From the sequence record LC765218.1: a DNA stretch of 64,000 nt; one strand, written 5' to 3'. The position numbers and the translations under genes were made by a program. Shown here piece after piece: positions 26,907-36,952 of this stretch. The notes beneath the pieces were generated by a model. The model was not told where the DNA came from and ran no database searches. It saw nothing but the letters and a program-made list of their open reading frames with translations. The DNA comes from Pseudomonas phage BRkr. Numbering within the stretch: the first letter of the stretch is position 1; each line of letters begins with the position of its first letter.

Positions 26907-27437
26907 ATGTTCGAACTCAAATTCGCTGAAAAGGAAAGTTTCCCTGGTCGTGGTCCATGCATTGAACTCTATGGTGACTATGTCACCGAGCGTGTATGGG
27001 AAGCTGTTCATCGGGTTGTTACATGTAACCTGATGTCCTCTCCGTTCTATCAAGCAAAACAAGGTTTCAGTGTATTCTTCCAAGGCGGTCATAATGACCC
27101 ACGTGGAAAATGGATCCTTCTGGAATTCTGGGTTGATGACATCGAGAAAACCAACGAATTCGTCCGACTCTTGTCGATTGAAGTTGATAAGGTTCTGATG
27201 AAGCGTAATACCCAGATCTGCGTTAACCCGTACAAAATGGGTTACGATGATGGCAGTGGTTCTTATACCGCTCTCAGTGAAATCCATAAAGAAACTGGCT
27301 GTCGTGTTGACTGGGGTTGTTCGATGAGCCCCATCACATTCCATCCAGAAAATAACCTGGAACATCGTGCAGTAACTAAACTCTGTGAGATGTTCCAACT
27401 TCCTGTAACTCGCTGGAAAGACACCTGGGAAGTCTAA
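26907..27437 (+). CDS. hypothetical protein
   Basis: ATG 2 nt after previous stop. Confidence 0.55.
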   Translation: MFELKFAEKESFPGRGPCIELYGDYVTERVWEAVHRVVTCNLMSSPFYQAKQGFSVFFQGGHNDPRGKWILLEFWVDDIEKTNEFVRLLSIEVDKVLMKRNTQICVNPYKMGYDDGSGSYTALSEIHKETGCRVDWGCSMSPITFHPENNLEHRAVTKLCEMFQLPVTRWKDTWEV

Positions 27438-27479
27438 CCCGGAATCCCAATCTACTGATTAACTAAAAAGGAAAATGTA

Positions 27480-27953
27480 ATGTTCGGTTCTAATAATACT
27501 GCTGATCGCCGCCTCGCTTCCACTCTGGCTCAAGAAAACAAAATCGAGATCGTGGGTGGTAATATCGTCCTGTCGGATCTGTATCGTGCAACTCCTCTGA
27601 TGGACGACAAGCTGTTGTTCAACGTGGAGGCTCTTCCGGAATTCATGCCCCACCTACTGACCTTCGCTCCGGTGGAAGTCGAACGCAAAAATCTGATCCT
27701 GGGCGATGAGCGGGTGTTCCAGCTGATCGAGAACTACATCGAAAATATGACCGATGAGGAAGCGCTGGTTATTCGTAACCAAATCGATCGCATCAATGTC
27801 GTTTATGGCATTCGTTCCATCGAGTGTTACAAAGACAGCTTCATCGTGCACTTCAACATGGGCAAGAAACCCATGAGCGCGATCATCGCTGTGTTCAACA
27901 TGGTTGATGGTGTCGATACCTTCGAGTACGCTCATCGCACTTCTCTGAACTAA
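27480..27953 (+). CDS. hypothetical protein
   Basis: RBS AAAGGAAAA. Confidence 0.6.
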   Translation: MFGSNNTADRRLASTLAQENKIEIVGGNIVLSDLYRATPLMDDKLLFNVEALPEFMPHLLTFAPVEVERKNLILGDERVFQLIENYIENMTDEEALVIRNQIDRINVVYGIRSIECYKDSFIVHFNMGKKPMSAIIAVFNMVDGVDTFEYAHRTSLN

Positions 27954-27959
27954 TGACAG

Positions 27960-27980
27960 GGGACCTTCGGGTCCCCTTTC
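27960..27980 (+). terminator. hairpin GGGGACC-TTCG-GGTCCCC + TTT
   Basis: perfect stem. Confidence 0.65.
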
Positions 27981-28007
27981 TATACATTTTTCTTTAGGGT
28001 CTTGAAA

Positions 28008-28358
28008 ATGCAAGTTAAACAAGGTTGGGGTTCACTCCCCGAGTCGTTGTCTCTCTTCGACAACACGAGTAAGGCTTCTGAAGCATTCCGTAAGGTACGC
28101 GAAGCTAATCCAGAAATGTTCAATGTTGTTGATCAAACGCGCATTATTATTCGGTCTGGTGTATTGGAACCGGAGAACTGGAAACTCGATGACCACACTA
28201 AAGGTCTGGTCTATCGCGTCAGTATGGGTAGTATGCCGTGGAACATGGCAGACTATCAAGAACTCCGGCAATGGCTTTTCCGTTTGGGTTATGTCAACCC
28301 TTACATCGAATACAACCCTGAAAAATCTATGGTCACCATTCAATTTGAGATGCCATAA
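28008..28358 (+). CDS. hypothetical protein
   Basis: ATG at 28008 with RBS AGGGT (track start is TTG). Confidence 0.55.
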   Translation: MQVKQGWGSLPESLSLFDNTSKASEAFRKVREANPEMFNVVDQTRIIIRSGVLEPENWKLDDHTKGLVYRVSMGSMPWNMADYQELRQWLFRLGYVNPYIEYNPEKSMVTIQFEMP

Positions 28359-28780
28359 TGACTGAACTCGACGAAAAGATAAAGAAGTTATTGGACTGGA
28401 GTTGGCGTGTAGAGATAGAGCCTCGCCATTATAATGGAAAGGCCACTCTGACACAAATGCTATGTGGCCGTAGTTGCTATTATGGATCCTTCATCGATGC
28501 CAATAAACTCTTGGTGTCTGATGAAGACAAGAAGACTATGTTTGAATCCGCTAAGGCTACGAAGCAATTCGTATCACTTAGCATCGAGCTTACCTACAAA
28601 GAACCTAAAAAGTACTCGTGGGAAAAACAAACATATCGAACTAAAACCTTGTGCATCTGGGCCGATACCATTAGCAAAGCTGTGCAGATAGCTTATCTCT
28701 ATTTAGATGAACATACGACTAATGAGACACATGACAATGGTCAGTCTGTTTATAAGGTCGTAAAATTACCCGGAGAATAG
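28358..28780 (+). CDS. hypothetical protein
   Basis: TAATGA coupling. Confidence 0.55.
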   Translation: MTELDEKIKKLLDWSWRVEIEPRHYNGKATLTQMLCGRSCYYGSFIDANKLLVSDEDKKTMFESAKATKQFVSLSIELTYKEPKKYSWEKQTYRTKTLCIWADTISKAVQIAYLYLDEHTTNETHDNGQSVYKVVKLPGE

Positions 28781-28782
28781 AC

Positions 28783-29043
28783 ATGAATTCTAACATCAAA
28801 CTGGTAAAAAACGAAGGCGAATGGCTGGTACAGAAAATGGAAACTCAAAACAAGTTTACGTTTTCGCTGGATGATGATACCAGTTGGGTGTCACTAGGAA
28901 TTCATCCTGACTCGGGTCTTCGTTTCGAATGTAATATGAGTGGTGTTCTAGAACGGGTTTATCGAGTGAAAGACAACATTGATCTTGATGTGGTTGAAAT
29001 CCCATCTAACCATGGTCTTGCACGCCAACTTAATATTCAATGA
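28783..29043 (+). CDS. hypothetical small protein
   Basis: RBS GGAGAA. Confidence 0.5.
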   Translation: MNSNIKLVKNEGEWLVQKMETQNKFTFSLDDDTSWVSLGIHPDSGLRFECNMSGVLERVYRVKDNIDLDVVEIPSNHGLARQLNIQ

Positions 29044-29051
29044 GGTTATCA

Positions 29052-29444
29052 ATGTTTATTGAAACACTGGTTAACTTATGCATCATAGTTGCGGTAATTG
29101 CACTTGCTTATACAGTCGTTCGTTTTGTATTTAGGATCAGGAAACATTTCGTCGTAAATGTACTACATGTCCGAGGTGCAGTGAGTCGCAAAATACCAAT
29201 TAAAAATAAAGGTAATTGCTATGGGCTGCGTGATGGTAGGAACCAGTTCTATGTTGTAGTTAGAAATGGTGAAGTGACCTACCACAAAAACCTTACCAAT
29301 CTGGAGATAGATTTAATCTCCAACGATGCTGATACCCTGTACTTCAAATATCACCAAGTCTGGTTAAGAGGCGGTGGTGCTTATAAATTCGAGGAATTCG
29401 ATTTGAAGGGTAACAATAACGTTATTGATTGGAGGACAATCTAA
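29052..29444 (+). CDS. membrane protein (N-terminal TM)
   Basis: ATG with RBS TGAGGT (alternative ATGA-coupled start at 29040). Confidence 0.5.
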   Translation: MFIETLVNLCIIVAVIALAYTVVRFVFRIRKHFVVNVLHVRGAVSRKIPIKNKGNCYGLRDGRNQFYVVVRNGEVTYHKNLTNLEIDLISNDADTLYFKYHQVWLRGGGAYKFEEFDLKGNNNVIDWRTI

Positions 29445-29458
29445 CACGGAGATTCCGT

Positions 29459-29836
29459 ATGGATAAAACTCTCATTGAGTTATCTTTTCTATTATTCATG
29501 ACTGCATTACTACTAACTTGGGTAATGATTATTATTCATCGTCCTCTTGTAGTGAATAATAAGCGCGTGAATATAGAAGTAGTAGGATACTCACATGACG
29601 GTATAAAAACGACTCCGGTCTGTTCGAATCCTGTTGTGGTCGATAGCTTAGATTCGACATTTTATGTCTATCTTTCTAATGACATGGTTATACTAGATCA
29701 ACGCTATAGGGAAGATTTGATATATCAGTCCTCGTTCTATTATGTCATTGAAACTTCATTGAATGAATTTGTTCGAGTCATTAGAACGCGATCTGATAAA
29801 CCCATTAGCTTCAATTTCAAATTTGGAGAATACTGA
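29459..29836 (+). CDS. membrane protein (N-terminal TM)
   Basis: ATG with RBS GGAG (track start 29429 is TTG). Confidence 0.5.
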   Translation: MDKTLIELSFLLFMTALLLTWVMIIIHRPLVVNNKRVNIEVVGYSHDGIKTTPVCSNPVVVDSLDSTFYVYLSNDMVILDQRYREDLIYQSSFYYVIETSLNEFVRVIRTRSDKPISFNFKFGEY

Positions 29837-30276
29837 TGACTGAGAAAGTCTCTAGTTCTATCCGTGTACCGCTTTACCAAATGGGTAAGAGCGATAAGCA
29901 CTTCGCACAACATCTACGTATGCCTGTTTATCGGGTTGATATAGAAGGTGTTGGTTCGGTTCTGTCTAGTTATGTGAAGGTGGATTCCACGTTCAATATC
30001 TTTGCACTCTGCGGTGGTGATGAAGACATTCGTAAACTGAAGATTGAAGAAGTCGCCTACGTTGATTCGGGTGATAATATTCTATTCCACAAAGTCACCG
30101 AACACGATCCTATCGAAATTCGTCGCGATGGTCTTTTCCGTTTTGGTATGGTATCCAAGATGGATGGACTGCGGTGGGGAACTACCTTCGAAGTCGATGG
30201 TGTTACTGGTCATGCTGTGATCAAGATCGATCGGGAATCTCCGATTATCGGAGTTAAGTTCTCTCTGGTAGCTTAA
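29836..30276 (+). CDS. hypothetical protein
   Basis: ATGA-style coupling; RBS GGAGAA. Confidence 0.55.
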   Translation: MTEKVSSSIRVPLYQMGKSDKHFAQHLRMPVYRVDIEGVGSVLSSYVKVDSTFNIFALCGGDEDIRKLKIEEVAYVDSGDNILFHKVTEHDPIEIRRDGLFRFGMVSKMDGLRWGTTFEVDGVTGHAVIKIDRESPIIGVKFSLVA

Positions 30277-30282
30277 CATAGA

Positions 30283-30302
30283 GCTCTCCCTTCGGGGAGA
30301 GC
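30283..30302 (+). terminator. hairpin GCTCTCCC-TTCG-GGGAGAGC
   Basis: perfect stem. Confidence 0.65.
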
Positions 30303-30334
30303 ATTATGTCGTTACATTCAATTGTTTTAAAAGC

Positions 30335-30343
30335 CTATATTAC
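30335..30343 (+). promoter_or_regulatory. CTATATTAC motif about 27 nt upstream of ATG 30370
   Basis: recurrent motif. Confidence 0.45.
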
Positions 30344-30369
30344 AAGCTTGGTCAACCGGGGAACATGTA

Positions 30370-30726
30370 ATGAAAGATATACTGATCCGTGAATCACGTA
30401 ATGCGGCTGTAACTAGCGTCATGCGTATTTATTACGATCAACAACATAAGGCTGGTGTAACGACTGAAGCTGCAACGAATGCTATCGTTGATGCTTTCAA
30501 CAATCGTTTCGACTTCAAAGCTGAACTGAGGGATAACGCAAACGATGAACGTCTGTTTGTTGTAAACTGTATCTTCGAGGGACGGGATCGCCGTTACCTC
30601 ACTGTTTGGGTTGATCGTTCCACGGGTGAGATCAATGCACATGCAAATCACACTCTGAATTGGCCCGATGCAAATCGTTTCCAACGTGAACTAATCTCTG
30701 TCGCTGTAATTGCTTCAACGGTGTAA
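30370..30726 (+). CDS. hypothetical protein
   Basis: ATG after promoter motif. Confidence 0.55.
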   Translation: MKDILIRESRNAAVTSVMRIYYDQQHKAGVTTEAATNAIVDAFNNRFDFKAELRDNANDERLFVVNCIFEGRDRRYLTVWVDRSTGEINAHANHTLNWPDANRFQRELISVAVIASTV

Positions 30727-30727
30727 A

Positions 30728-30843
30728 ATGCAACAAGTTACAACAAGTAAACAAAAATATATCATCAACACGATACTCGACCAAAAATGGAGAGAGCGTA
30801 AAGATGTAGTGACAGATAAAGCGAAAGGTAAAAAGAAATGAAC
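30728..30843 (+). CDS. hypothetical very small basic protein (38 aa)
   Basis: ATG 2 nt after previous stop; ATGA coupling into next gene; below the 60 aa track cutoff. Confidence 0.3.
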
Positions 30844-31137
30844 TTCAGTACTCTCATTAGTGATACAATGAAACTTAGTGCTAACCTGGCAAAGAACGAT
30901 GTCGTTAAAGGCATGGTATTGCAGGCGGCCAGGGATATCTTTATTACCCGTACTGATAGAGAAAAAGGTTATACCGAAACAAAGTATGCCAATGAAGGTG
31001 ATGACCTTGAAATCATTTGTGAGGATGTAGATAATCCAGCTGGTGGTTTCCGGGTAATCAACCATGATAATTTCAATCAGATTGAAACCATCCCATTTAG
31101 TGAGATGGAAGATACATTCAACGACTATGGTAAATAA
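30838..31137 (+). CDS. hypothetical protein
   Basis: RBS AAAGGTAAAAAG. Confidence 0.55.
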   Translation: MNFSTLISDTMKLSANLAKNDVVKGMVLQAARDIFITRTDREKGYTETKYANEGDDLEIICEDVDNPAGGFRVINHDNFNQIETIPFSEMEDTFNDYGK

Positions 31138-31168
31138 ACATAGTTATCTCGATCAAGAGGAATAAACC

Positions 31169-31366
31169 ATGAGTGTTAAAGCTACTGCTCTGGAAAACAT
31201 CACTGCCAACGTTAGTGATAGTGGGCCTGGTTTAATAATGGCAAATAAAGGTGATGAACTCAAGATCATTCGTAAGGTAAGCGGGGACACTTACGAGGTT
31301 GTTCTATCGAGTGATCCTGAAGCTGTATCGTTCTATGCCTCCCGTAGTCAGATTGTCATTCATTAA
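31169..31366 (+). CDS. hypothetical small protein
   Basis: RBS AAGAGGAA. Confidence 0.5.
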   Translation: MSVKATALENITANVSDSGPGLIMANKGDELKIIRKVSGDTYEVVLSSDPEAVSFYASRSQIVIH

Positions 31367-31380
31367 TAGAGGATTCGAAA

Positions 31381-31905
31381 ATGAAAGTAGGTGATCAGTT
31401 CTATACAACCACCACACTGCGCACGCAGGATAATCCGAATGTAACCTATCATCCTGGCTGGGTACTTACCCTCGAAAAAGAAATGGAAGGCACTACACTG
31501 TTTATCGGTGTAGATAGCTGCGGACGTCGATTCGTGGTCGGACCTCATAATGGGGTAGCCACTGATATCCCAGTCGATCCTGAACTTTTCCGCCGTGCTG
31601 TTGCACGAGGATATGATGGTAGCCCCGAGTTCTTCCGCAAAGGTTACAACCGTATCCTCGAAATGCAATTGAAGGTGGCGATGGAAGGTCGTCAGATCTT
31701 TATGATTTCTGACGAGGCATTGGACAAAGCCATTCAACTCGACTCCGAAATGGAATCTATTGGTGTATTCGATCCTATGTATGAGCAACATAAAGCTAGC
31801 CGAGATGCGTATCTCAACATGGCTGAGATTCTCAGTAAGCTGGAATCGCTTGTTGTTACATATCGAGAAGAATCCCGTCTACTCTTCCCAGAATACCACA
31901 AGTAA
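31381..31905 (+). CDS. hypothetical protein
   Basis: RBS AGAGGA. Confidence 0.6.
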   Translation: MKVGDQFYTTTTLRTQDNPNVTYHPGWVLTLEKEMEGTTLFIGVDSCGRRFVVGPHNGVATDIPVDPELFRRAVARGYDGSPEFFRKGYNRILEMQLKVAMEGRQIFMISDEALDKAIQLDSEMESIGVFDPMYEQHKASRDAYLNMAEILSKLESLVVTYREESRLLFPEYHK

Positions 31906-31949
31906 TACTGGGCTGCTAAATGTAATAGTCATTTAGCAAGGATTTTGAA

Positions 31950-32309
31950 ATGCAACAGGCATTCCATGGTGAAACCCAATACAACAAATGGTCTTCGACT
32001 ATCTGGGGTAGGGGGAAACGTAAAGATGTTGTAACGAATGGGTTGTACTGCATTGTCCATCTTGGGACCGGTAAGTTCGTCATGGGGCGAAGTAAAACAG
32101 TCTCTAAAGATGTAGACCAATTGATCGCACGCATTAAAGGACAAGCTAGCCCTTGGCCTAAGATGAATCGATTGATGGAAGGTGATCCAGAAAACAGTGA
32201 TCTGGAATTGTTGGAGTTTCCTGCAAGTCAAGCAGAAGCCAAACAAATCGAAGGTCGCATTCGGATCGCCCTAAAAGAAACGCAGTATAGCTATCTGTTA
32301 CTCAATTGA
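31950..32309 (+). CDS. hypothetical protein, possibly a GIY-YIG-like fold
   Basis: segment GLYCIVHLGTGKFVMGRSKT loosely resembles GIY...GK.YIGSS; weak. Confidence 0.5.
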   Translation: MQQAFHGETQYNKWSSTIWGRGKRKDVVTNGLYCIVHLGTGKFVMGRSKTVSKDVDQLIARIKGQASPWPKMNRLMEGDPENSDLELLEFPASQAEAKQIEGRIRIALKETQYSYLLLN

Positions 32310-32328
32310 GGACCTTCGGGTCCTCTTT
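32308..32328 (+). terminator. hairpin GAGGACC-TTCG-GGTCCTC + TTTAT
   Basis: perfect stem. Confidence 0.6.
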
Positions 32329-32346
32329 ATTCCCTTAGGAGCGAAC

Positions 32347-32991
32347 ATGTCTAATGTAGTTGATGTTGCAGGAACTGTATCTGGTATGGCCATTCAACCG
32401 AACAACCCTGTATTCGAGATGTCGCATGTACTCGAACAAAAGGTAGCAGATATCCAGAAGGCGATTGTTAATCAATTCGAAGGTAATGACTACGTTATTT
32501 ATACGCGTCGTGCTGACGAACTGCCGCAAGCACGTTTCACCATTGGTCTTGGTCGAACCGGGTTACCTGAATTTGTTACCATGGGTCTTACTGAAAAAGA
32601 TTACGTGCGTGACATTTTCCGTGCAGCTGCTGTAGCCGCAGATACTGTTGATATTGAGGAACGGGATCTGTACAACGCTGGAGACTGGGCAGACTATCTG
32701 AACGAAAAGCTGTTGTCGACCAAAAATCTTCGCTACTACTATCGGTTCATTCCTATTGACTCCGAACAGTTCATGCATGGAGTTGGTTTGAACTGCGGCC
32801 GTTTTTATGGACAGAACTCCGACCGTGTACGTGTAGTGCAATTGATTTACTCCCTGGATGGGTATTTCCCTGATGAAGAAGGTTATCCTTCTAATCTCAT
32901 CGATCAACCTATCCTCCCGCAAATCCCTTACGGTTACCCGCATCGTGCATCTACACGTTTCGCTGGTACCGATAACCGTTGGTTGAATTGA
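32347..32991 (+). CDS. hypothetical protein
   Basis: RBS TAGGAG. Confidence 0.6.
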   Translation: MSNVVDVAGTVSGMAIQPNNPVFEMSHVLEQKVADIQKAIVNQFEGNDYVIYTRRADELPQARFTIGLGRTGLPEFVTMGLTEKDYVRDIFRAAAVAADTVDIEERDLYNAGDWADYLNEKLLSTKNLRYYYRFIPIDSEQFMHGVGLNCGRFYGQNSDRVRVVQLIYSLDGYFPDEEGYPSNLIDQPILPQIPYGYPHRASTRFAGTDNRWLN

Positions 32992-32998
32992 GGTAAAC

Positions 32999-33229
32999 AT
33001 GGAAAAGAAATTCAAATGTGGTACGTTCATTCTCACCAATAATCAGGTAAAGAATGCCAAAGGTGAGATCTATATGGAAGCAGATCAACCGGGTCGAATC
33101 ATGGTAGTCGATCCGGCAAAAGCTCCATTGATGTATGGTATTCGTCGAGATGAAACCACCATCAATTACGTGTATGTCACTGAAACTGATATCCGTGTAA
33201 ATCCGGCGTTCCCTCTACCAAGTCTGTGA
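32999..33229 (+). CDS. hypothetical small protein
   Basis: RBS TGAGGTAAAC. Confidence 0.5.
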   Translation: MEKKFKCGTFILTNNQVKNAKGEIYMEADQPGRIMVVDPAKAPLMYGIRRDETTINYVYVTETDIRVNPAFPLPSL

Positions 33230-33236
33230 GGTAAGC

Positions 33237-33596
33237 ATGGTATTTAACTGGGATACATCGGGAGCGAATAATATTCGTAACCTGATGCTCCCCGTTCAAT
33301 CGCCGTACTACATGAAGGTCTCGACCGAAGATGGTCGGGATCTTTTGTGGTTCGTTCGAAAGCGCGGTGAGAAGATTGCTGAATGGATCACTTCTTATGT
33401 TAATGAGGAGTTGGTCCGGTGGAAAGACTTCAAAACAGCTCAGCTTATGCTGGCACATGTAACCACTCAACCTGACCTACCTAAGTTGATCCTGGCAATG
33501 GGTGAAACTCCGGGTAATTACAAAGTTAAACTTGTGTATCTCCGCGATCATGAGATTGCGGCAAGTACAACTATCTCAATCGCTAAAGAGGAATAA
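33237..33596 (+). CDS. hypothetical protein
   Basis: RBS TGAGGTAAGC (same upstream context as 32999). Confidence 0.55.
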   Translation: MVFNWDTSGANNIRNLMLPVQSPYYMKVSTEDGRDLLWFVRKRGEKIAEWITSYVNEELVRWKDFKTAQLMLAHVTTQPDLPKLILAMGETPGNYKVKLVYLRDHEIAASTTISIAKEE

Positions 33597-33599
33597 GTC

Positions 33600-34079
33600 A
33601 TGGCCTATAGCCTGGGTATCGCTGTACGTGATAGTTCGGTATTGATCGTCACCAACGATTTCAAATACGAGAACATTGTTCTGTTTAAACCTATCAATGG
33701 CATGAAGATCGAAGGTGCTTCTGTTCATCTGGTATGCATCTGCTTCGGTGACAAAGAGAAGCGTTCTCTGGTTCACGAGATCATGACCAACAACGAACGG
33801 ACCGACTACAGTCGTGAAGACATTCTGGCCATGATGACCGAGCATGGTGTGGAACTTCGCGTTATCGCCGACAAAGTGGTCCATGTATTCCAGAACATCC
33901 GGGATGTGGCTACACACGGGATCATCGATTCCAATACCACTACCTTCTGGTTTGGCGATACGGAGCATCGTAAACTGTTCTTCCCGTATTGTGGTAAAGA
34001 AGGTAAACCTTTCCGTCAAGCTTATCGTGACGAAGAACTCTGTCGTGTATTCGAGTTCGTAACCGTTATCAACCTGTAA
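33600..34079 (+). CDS. hypothetical protein
   Basis: RBS AAGAGGAA. Confidence 0.6.
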   Translation: MAYSLGIAVRDSSVLIVTNDFKYENIVLFKPINGMKIEGASVHLVCICFGDKEKRSLVHEIMTNNERTDYSREDILAMMTEHGVELRVIADKVVHVFQNIRDVATHGIIDSNTTTFWFGDTEHRKLFFPYCGKEGKPFRQAYRDEELCRVFEFVTVINL

Positions 34080-34089
34080 CAACATAATT

Positions 34090-34107
34090 GCCCTCCTTCG
34101 GGAGGGC
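34090..34107 (+). terminator. hairpin GCCCTCC-TTCG-GGAGGGC
   Basis: perfect stem. Confidence 0.6.
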
Positions 34108-34135
34108 TTCTATTTCGTAAAGAGGAAAATCAAAA

Positions 34136-34516
34136 ATGAAACGTAAACTCGTAGATGTACAAGGTCTTCCCCGGCTTATCGTCGAACGTATCTCCAAACA
34201 TCGCATGCATCACCATAAGGATCGTGGTTGCAGTCCGCTGATTGTATTCGAACTGAATACCGCCCTCACTCGCATGGAAGTTCTTCTAGAGGCATTGTCT
34301 AAGATTGATTTCTATGACATGTCTCTTGTTCATGATCAGATCTTGTTTGACACAGAAGATGGCGATAACATCATCGCTATCTTCACTTCTTTCCAACGTC
34401 AGTTCATTGGACGCAATCCAACGACTGTTCTGCTTTTCGATGCAATTATCGACCTGTGCACTACTCTCCACATTCGCGACGAAGAATGGTGGGTTGAATA
34501 TAGCCGTTTCAATTAA
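34136..34516 (+). CDS. hypothetical protein
   Basis: RBS AGAGGAAAA. Confidence 0.55.
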   Translation: MKRKLVDVQGLPRLIVERISKHRMHHHKDRGCSPLIVFELNTALTRMEVLLEALSKIDFYDMSLVHDQILFDTEDGDNIIAIFTSFQRQFIGRNPTTVLLFDAIIDLCTTLHIRDEEWWVEYSRFN

Positions 34517-34533
34517 CCAAAAGGAATATACAA

Positions 34534-35049
34534 ATGAAACATATCGTAGTTTATGGTAAGCAGGGTGTAATCATCGCACGTGATAAAGCCAATGAAGATA
34601 CGGACATCCGTTTCGATTGGGGTATGCGGCGAGAAGGCGAGGAAGATCTTGTAACCTATCGCGGTGAAACCGCGAAGCTTTTGGTTATCCAGTCTGGCGA
34701 TTGGGCAGCAAATGAACTTGTCCGTAATCGTCTAAAAATTCTTGACTTTGGTGGAAATATCATCGATGTCGATATCATCGATGCTCTTACCGATGAACTG
34801 GGGAATCATAAAGGCGATATCTGTGTCGCTCTTTTTACTGACCATTCGGTAACCACATTCACCCGAGATTACTCTGACAACAGTACTAGGGTCATCACAG
34901 ATATCTATCCCGAAACTGGTATGAGTTTCGTTAAGTCTCCTGACGTTGATCTCGATGGACTGGAGGACGCCGATACCCTCGATGAATTCTCCCAGTTGTT
35001 CTGGAAGGATCTTGATCTGATCATTAACGGATGGTACGAATTCAAATGA
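34534..35049 (+). CDS. hypothetical acidic protein
   Basis: RBS AAGGAA. Confidence 0.6.
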   Translation: MKHIVVYGKQGVIIARDKANEDTDIRFDWGMRREGEEDLVTYRGETAKLLVIQSGDWAANELVRNRLKILDFGGNIIDVDIIDALTDELGNHKGDICVALFTDHSVTTFTRDYSDNSTRVITDIYPETGMSFVKSPDVDLDGLEDADTLDEFSQLFWKDLDLIINGWYEFK

Positions 35050-35489
35050 GTGCTTTCATTCCTCAATGGCGTCGTGACACCAATAACATCGACCATAAAT
35101 ACGGCTTCGAACTGGCTGCATACGGTAACACCAACGGTTCCGGTATCTATGCTTTCATCGAACGTCACGTCAAATACGTAAACAAGAAAAAGAAACAGGA
35201 ACATGATGAAGTTATTCAAGTAATTCATCTTGGTAAACCGTATATCCGTAACTGGGTACATTACCCGGTAATCAATTCTACTGATCTCGGTTTGTTGTTC
35301 GGTCATGATGATGACATGCTTGACGATGCTTACAACCGTATTCAAACTGCGGAGTACGTATCGGTAGAGTTGATGGAATCTATTTCAAAAGAATATCAGG
35401 TCTATATCACAGCTGTGATTGACGATATCAAATACGTGTTCAGTCCTGAACGCACATTCAAGTCTGATGAGGGTTATGAAAATGGCTAA
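35046..35489 (+). CDS. hypothetical protein
   Basis: ATGA-coupled ATG at 35046 (alternative ATG at 35031). Confidence 0.5.
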   Translation: MSAFIPQWRRDTNNIDHKYGFELAAYGNTNGSGIYAFIERHVKYVNKKKKQEHDEVIQVIHLGKPYIRNWVHYPVINSTDLGLLFGHDDDMLDDAYNRIQTAEYVSVELMESISKEYQVYITAVIDDIKYVFSPERTFKSDEGYENG

Positions 35490-36000
35490 GTCTAAGGAAC
35501 AGAAGAAAGCAGAAGCATTGGAACGTGCTCGTCATGCGTATCTGCGTGACAATCTTTACACCTTCTGCGGTTATATGCCTGGCGGTTCTCACTGGATTAT
35601 TGACGGTGATCCGAACGAACAACTTGAAGGGATGTTGGTCCAATGCAAATTGGTGATGGATAAGGTGAAAGAGCTCAAGCTCGAAAATCTGACTGCCAAC
35701 AAATCCATGTGGACCACCATGACAAGTTGGGATCCGCTGCATGTATTTACGTTCCTGATTGGACGTAAAGAAAATTTGTTGGAGTTGATCCGACAAATGC
35801 ATGATGCCCACTGCGCTGAAATGCCCGAGGGTGATCCGTGCCGCCGTGATCTTTACGGTAATGGTTTCGTTCGGGAAGAAGAACTGAATAAGTTCGTTAA
35901 ATGGTTGAAAGTAAGTCATCCGAAGTTCTTCACCACCTACAACTGGATGTCCTATAACGAAATTATCAAACCCGTCCAACCTAAAGTTACAACTGCTTAA
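35482..36000 (+). CDS. hypothetical protein (N-terminus MAKSKEQKKAEALE)
   Basis: RBS GAGGGT. Confidence 0.55.
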   Translation: MAKSKEQKKAEALERARHAYLRDNLYTFCGYMPGGSHWIIDGDPNEQLEGMLVQCKLVMDKVKELKLENLTANKSMWTTMTSWDPLHVFTFLIGRKENLLELIRQMHDAHCAEMPEGDPCRRDLYGNGFVREEELNKFVKWLKVSHPKFFTTYNWMSYNEIIKPVQPKVTTA

Positions 36001-36026
36001 TTCCATCAAGCCCTGAGGAAATAGAA

Positions 36027-36482
36027 ATGCCTAAAGTTAATTCCATGCTCGAAAACAAACTCCGTGATCTGGCCAAGGACGAGCGTTACTACGCTGTGCT
36101 GACCGAACTGTTCCCGGCCATGATGCGTACCATGCCGTCTGGTCTGAACTACAAACCTGGTCGTGAAGGTGTTGTCGAGTTCCATCATCGCCTGGCTGAA
36201 CTGAATGACATCGTTCGTGAGATTGATGTCAGTTGGGGTGGTATGCCGATTGAAGACGAACCTTTCGTTAAATTGGCTACCATCGATTCTCTGGTGGTTC
36301 TTTCCACTCCGGCTGGTGTCCGTAAGTATGTTCACCAATGGCGTGATATCTGTAAAGCGCTGGAACTACCGGCAGACTCCGATGTATGGCGTGCACGTCA
36401 ACCTGAAGGGGTTGATATGAAATCTGTCTGGGCTGAGTTCCAGGAGGAACTCATTGCTTATCTACGCGAGGTAGTAGTCTAA
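36027..36482 (+). CDS. hypothetical protein, tandem paralog A
   Basis: RBS TGAGGAAA; similar to the next ORF. Confidence 0.55.
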   Translation: MPKVNSMLENKLRDLAKDERYYAVLTELFPAMMRTMPSGLNYKPGREGVVEFHHRLAELNDIVREIDVSWGGMPIEDEPFVKLATIDSLVVLSTPAGVRKYVHQWRDICKALELPADSDVWRARQPEGVDMKSVWAEFQEELIAYLREVVV

Positions 36483-36943
36483 TGGCTAAAGCAACCACCA
36501 ACCCCATTATCCAGGAAAAACTGAACGAACTGCGATACGATAGCGACTGGCTTTACTACATGTCTATCCAATTTCCGAGTTGGATGTCCATGACGCCCGG
36601 AGCATCGAACTATAAAAACAGCATGACTCCAGATGAGTATTACGCACATATCCAAGCCTGGCGTTCGATGACGGATGATCTGATTCGTGTTCGTGAGGTT
36701 CTTGGTATCAGCATGAGCGGAATGACCAGTGAAACTCTGGTTCATTTGGATGTTAATGAAGTTATGCGTGAGTTCAGTCTGTCGGCTACACTGCGTAACC
36801 ATCGGAACCAATGGAAAGCTAATATGCTTTACCTAGGTCTTGATTGCGGCGACCACCTCTGGCGTCCAAAAGAAAGAGAGCTGGTAGTTGGTCAAACTGA
36901 GTGGGCTCGTTTCCGCGAGGCCATCATCAATGGCGTTTACTAA
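36482..36943 (+). CDS. hypothetical protein, tandem paralog B
   Basis: TAATG coupling; shares the pattern NKLRDLAKDERYYAVLTELFPAMMRTMPSGLNYK vs EKLNELRYDSDWLYYMSIQFPSWMSMTPGASNYK. Confidence 0.55.
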   Translation: MAKATTNPIIQEKLNELRYDSDWLYYMSIQFPSWMSMTPGASNYKNSMTPDEYYAHIQAWRSMTDDLIRVREVLGISMSGMTSETLVHLDVNEVMREFSLSATLRNHRNQWKANMLYLGLDCGDHLWRPKERELVVGQTEWARFREAIINGVY

Positions 36944-36952
36944 GGAACTAAA

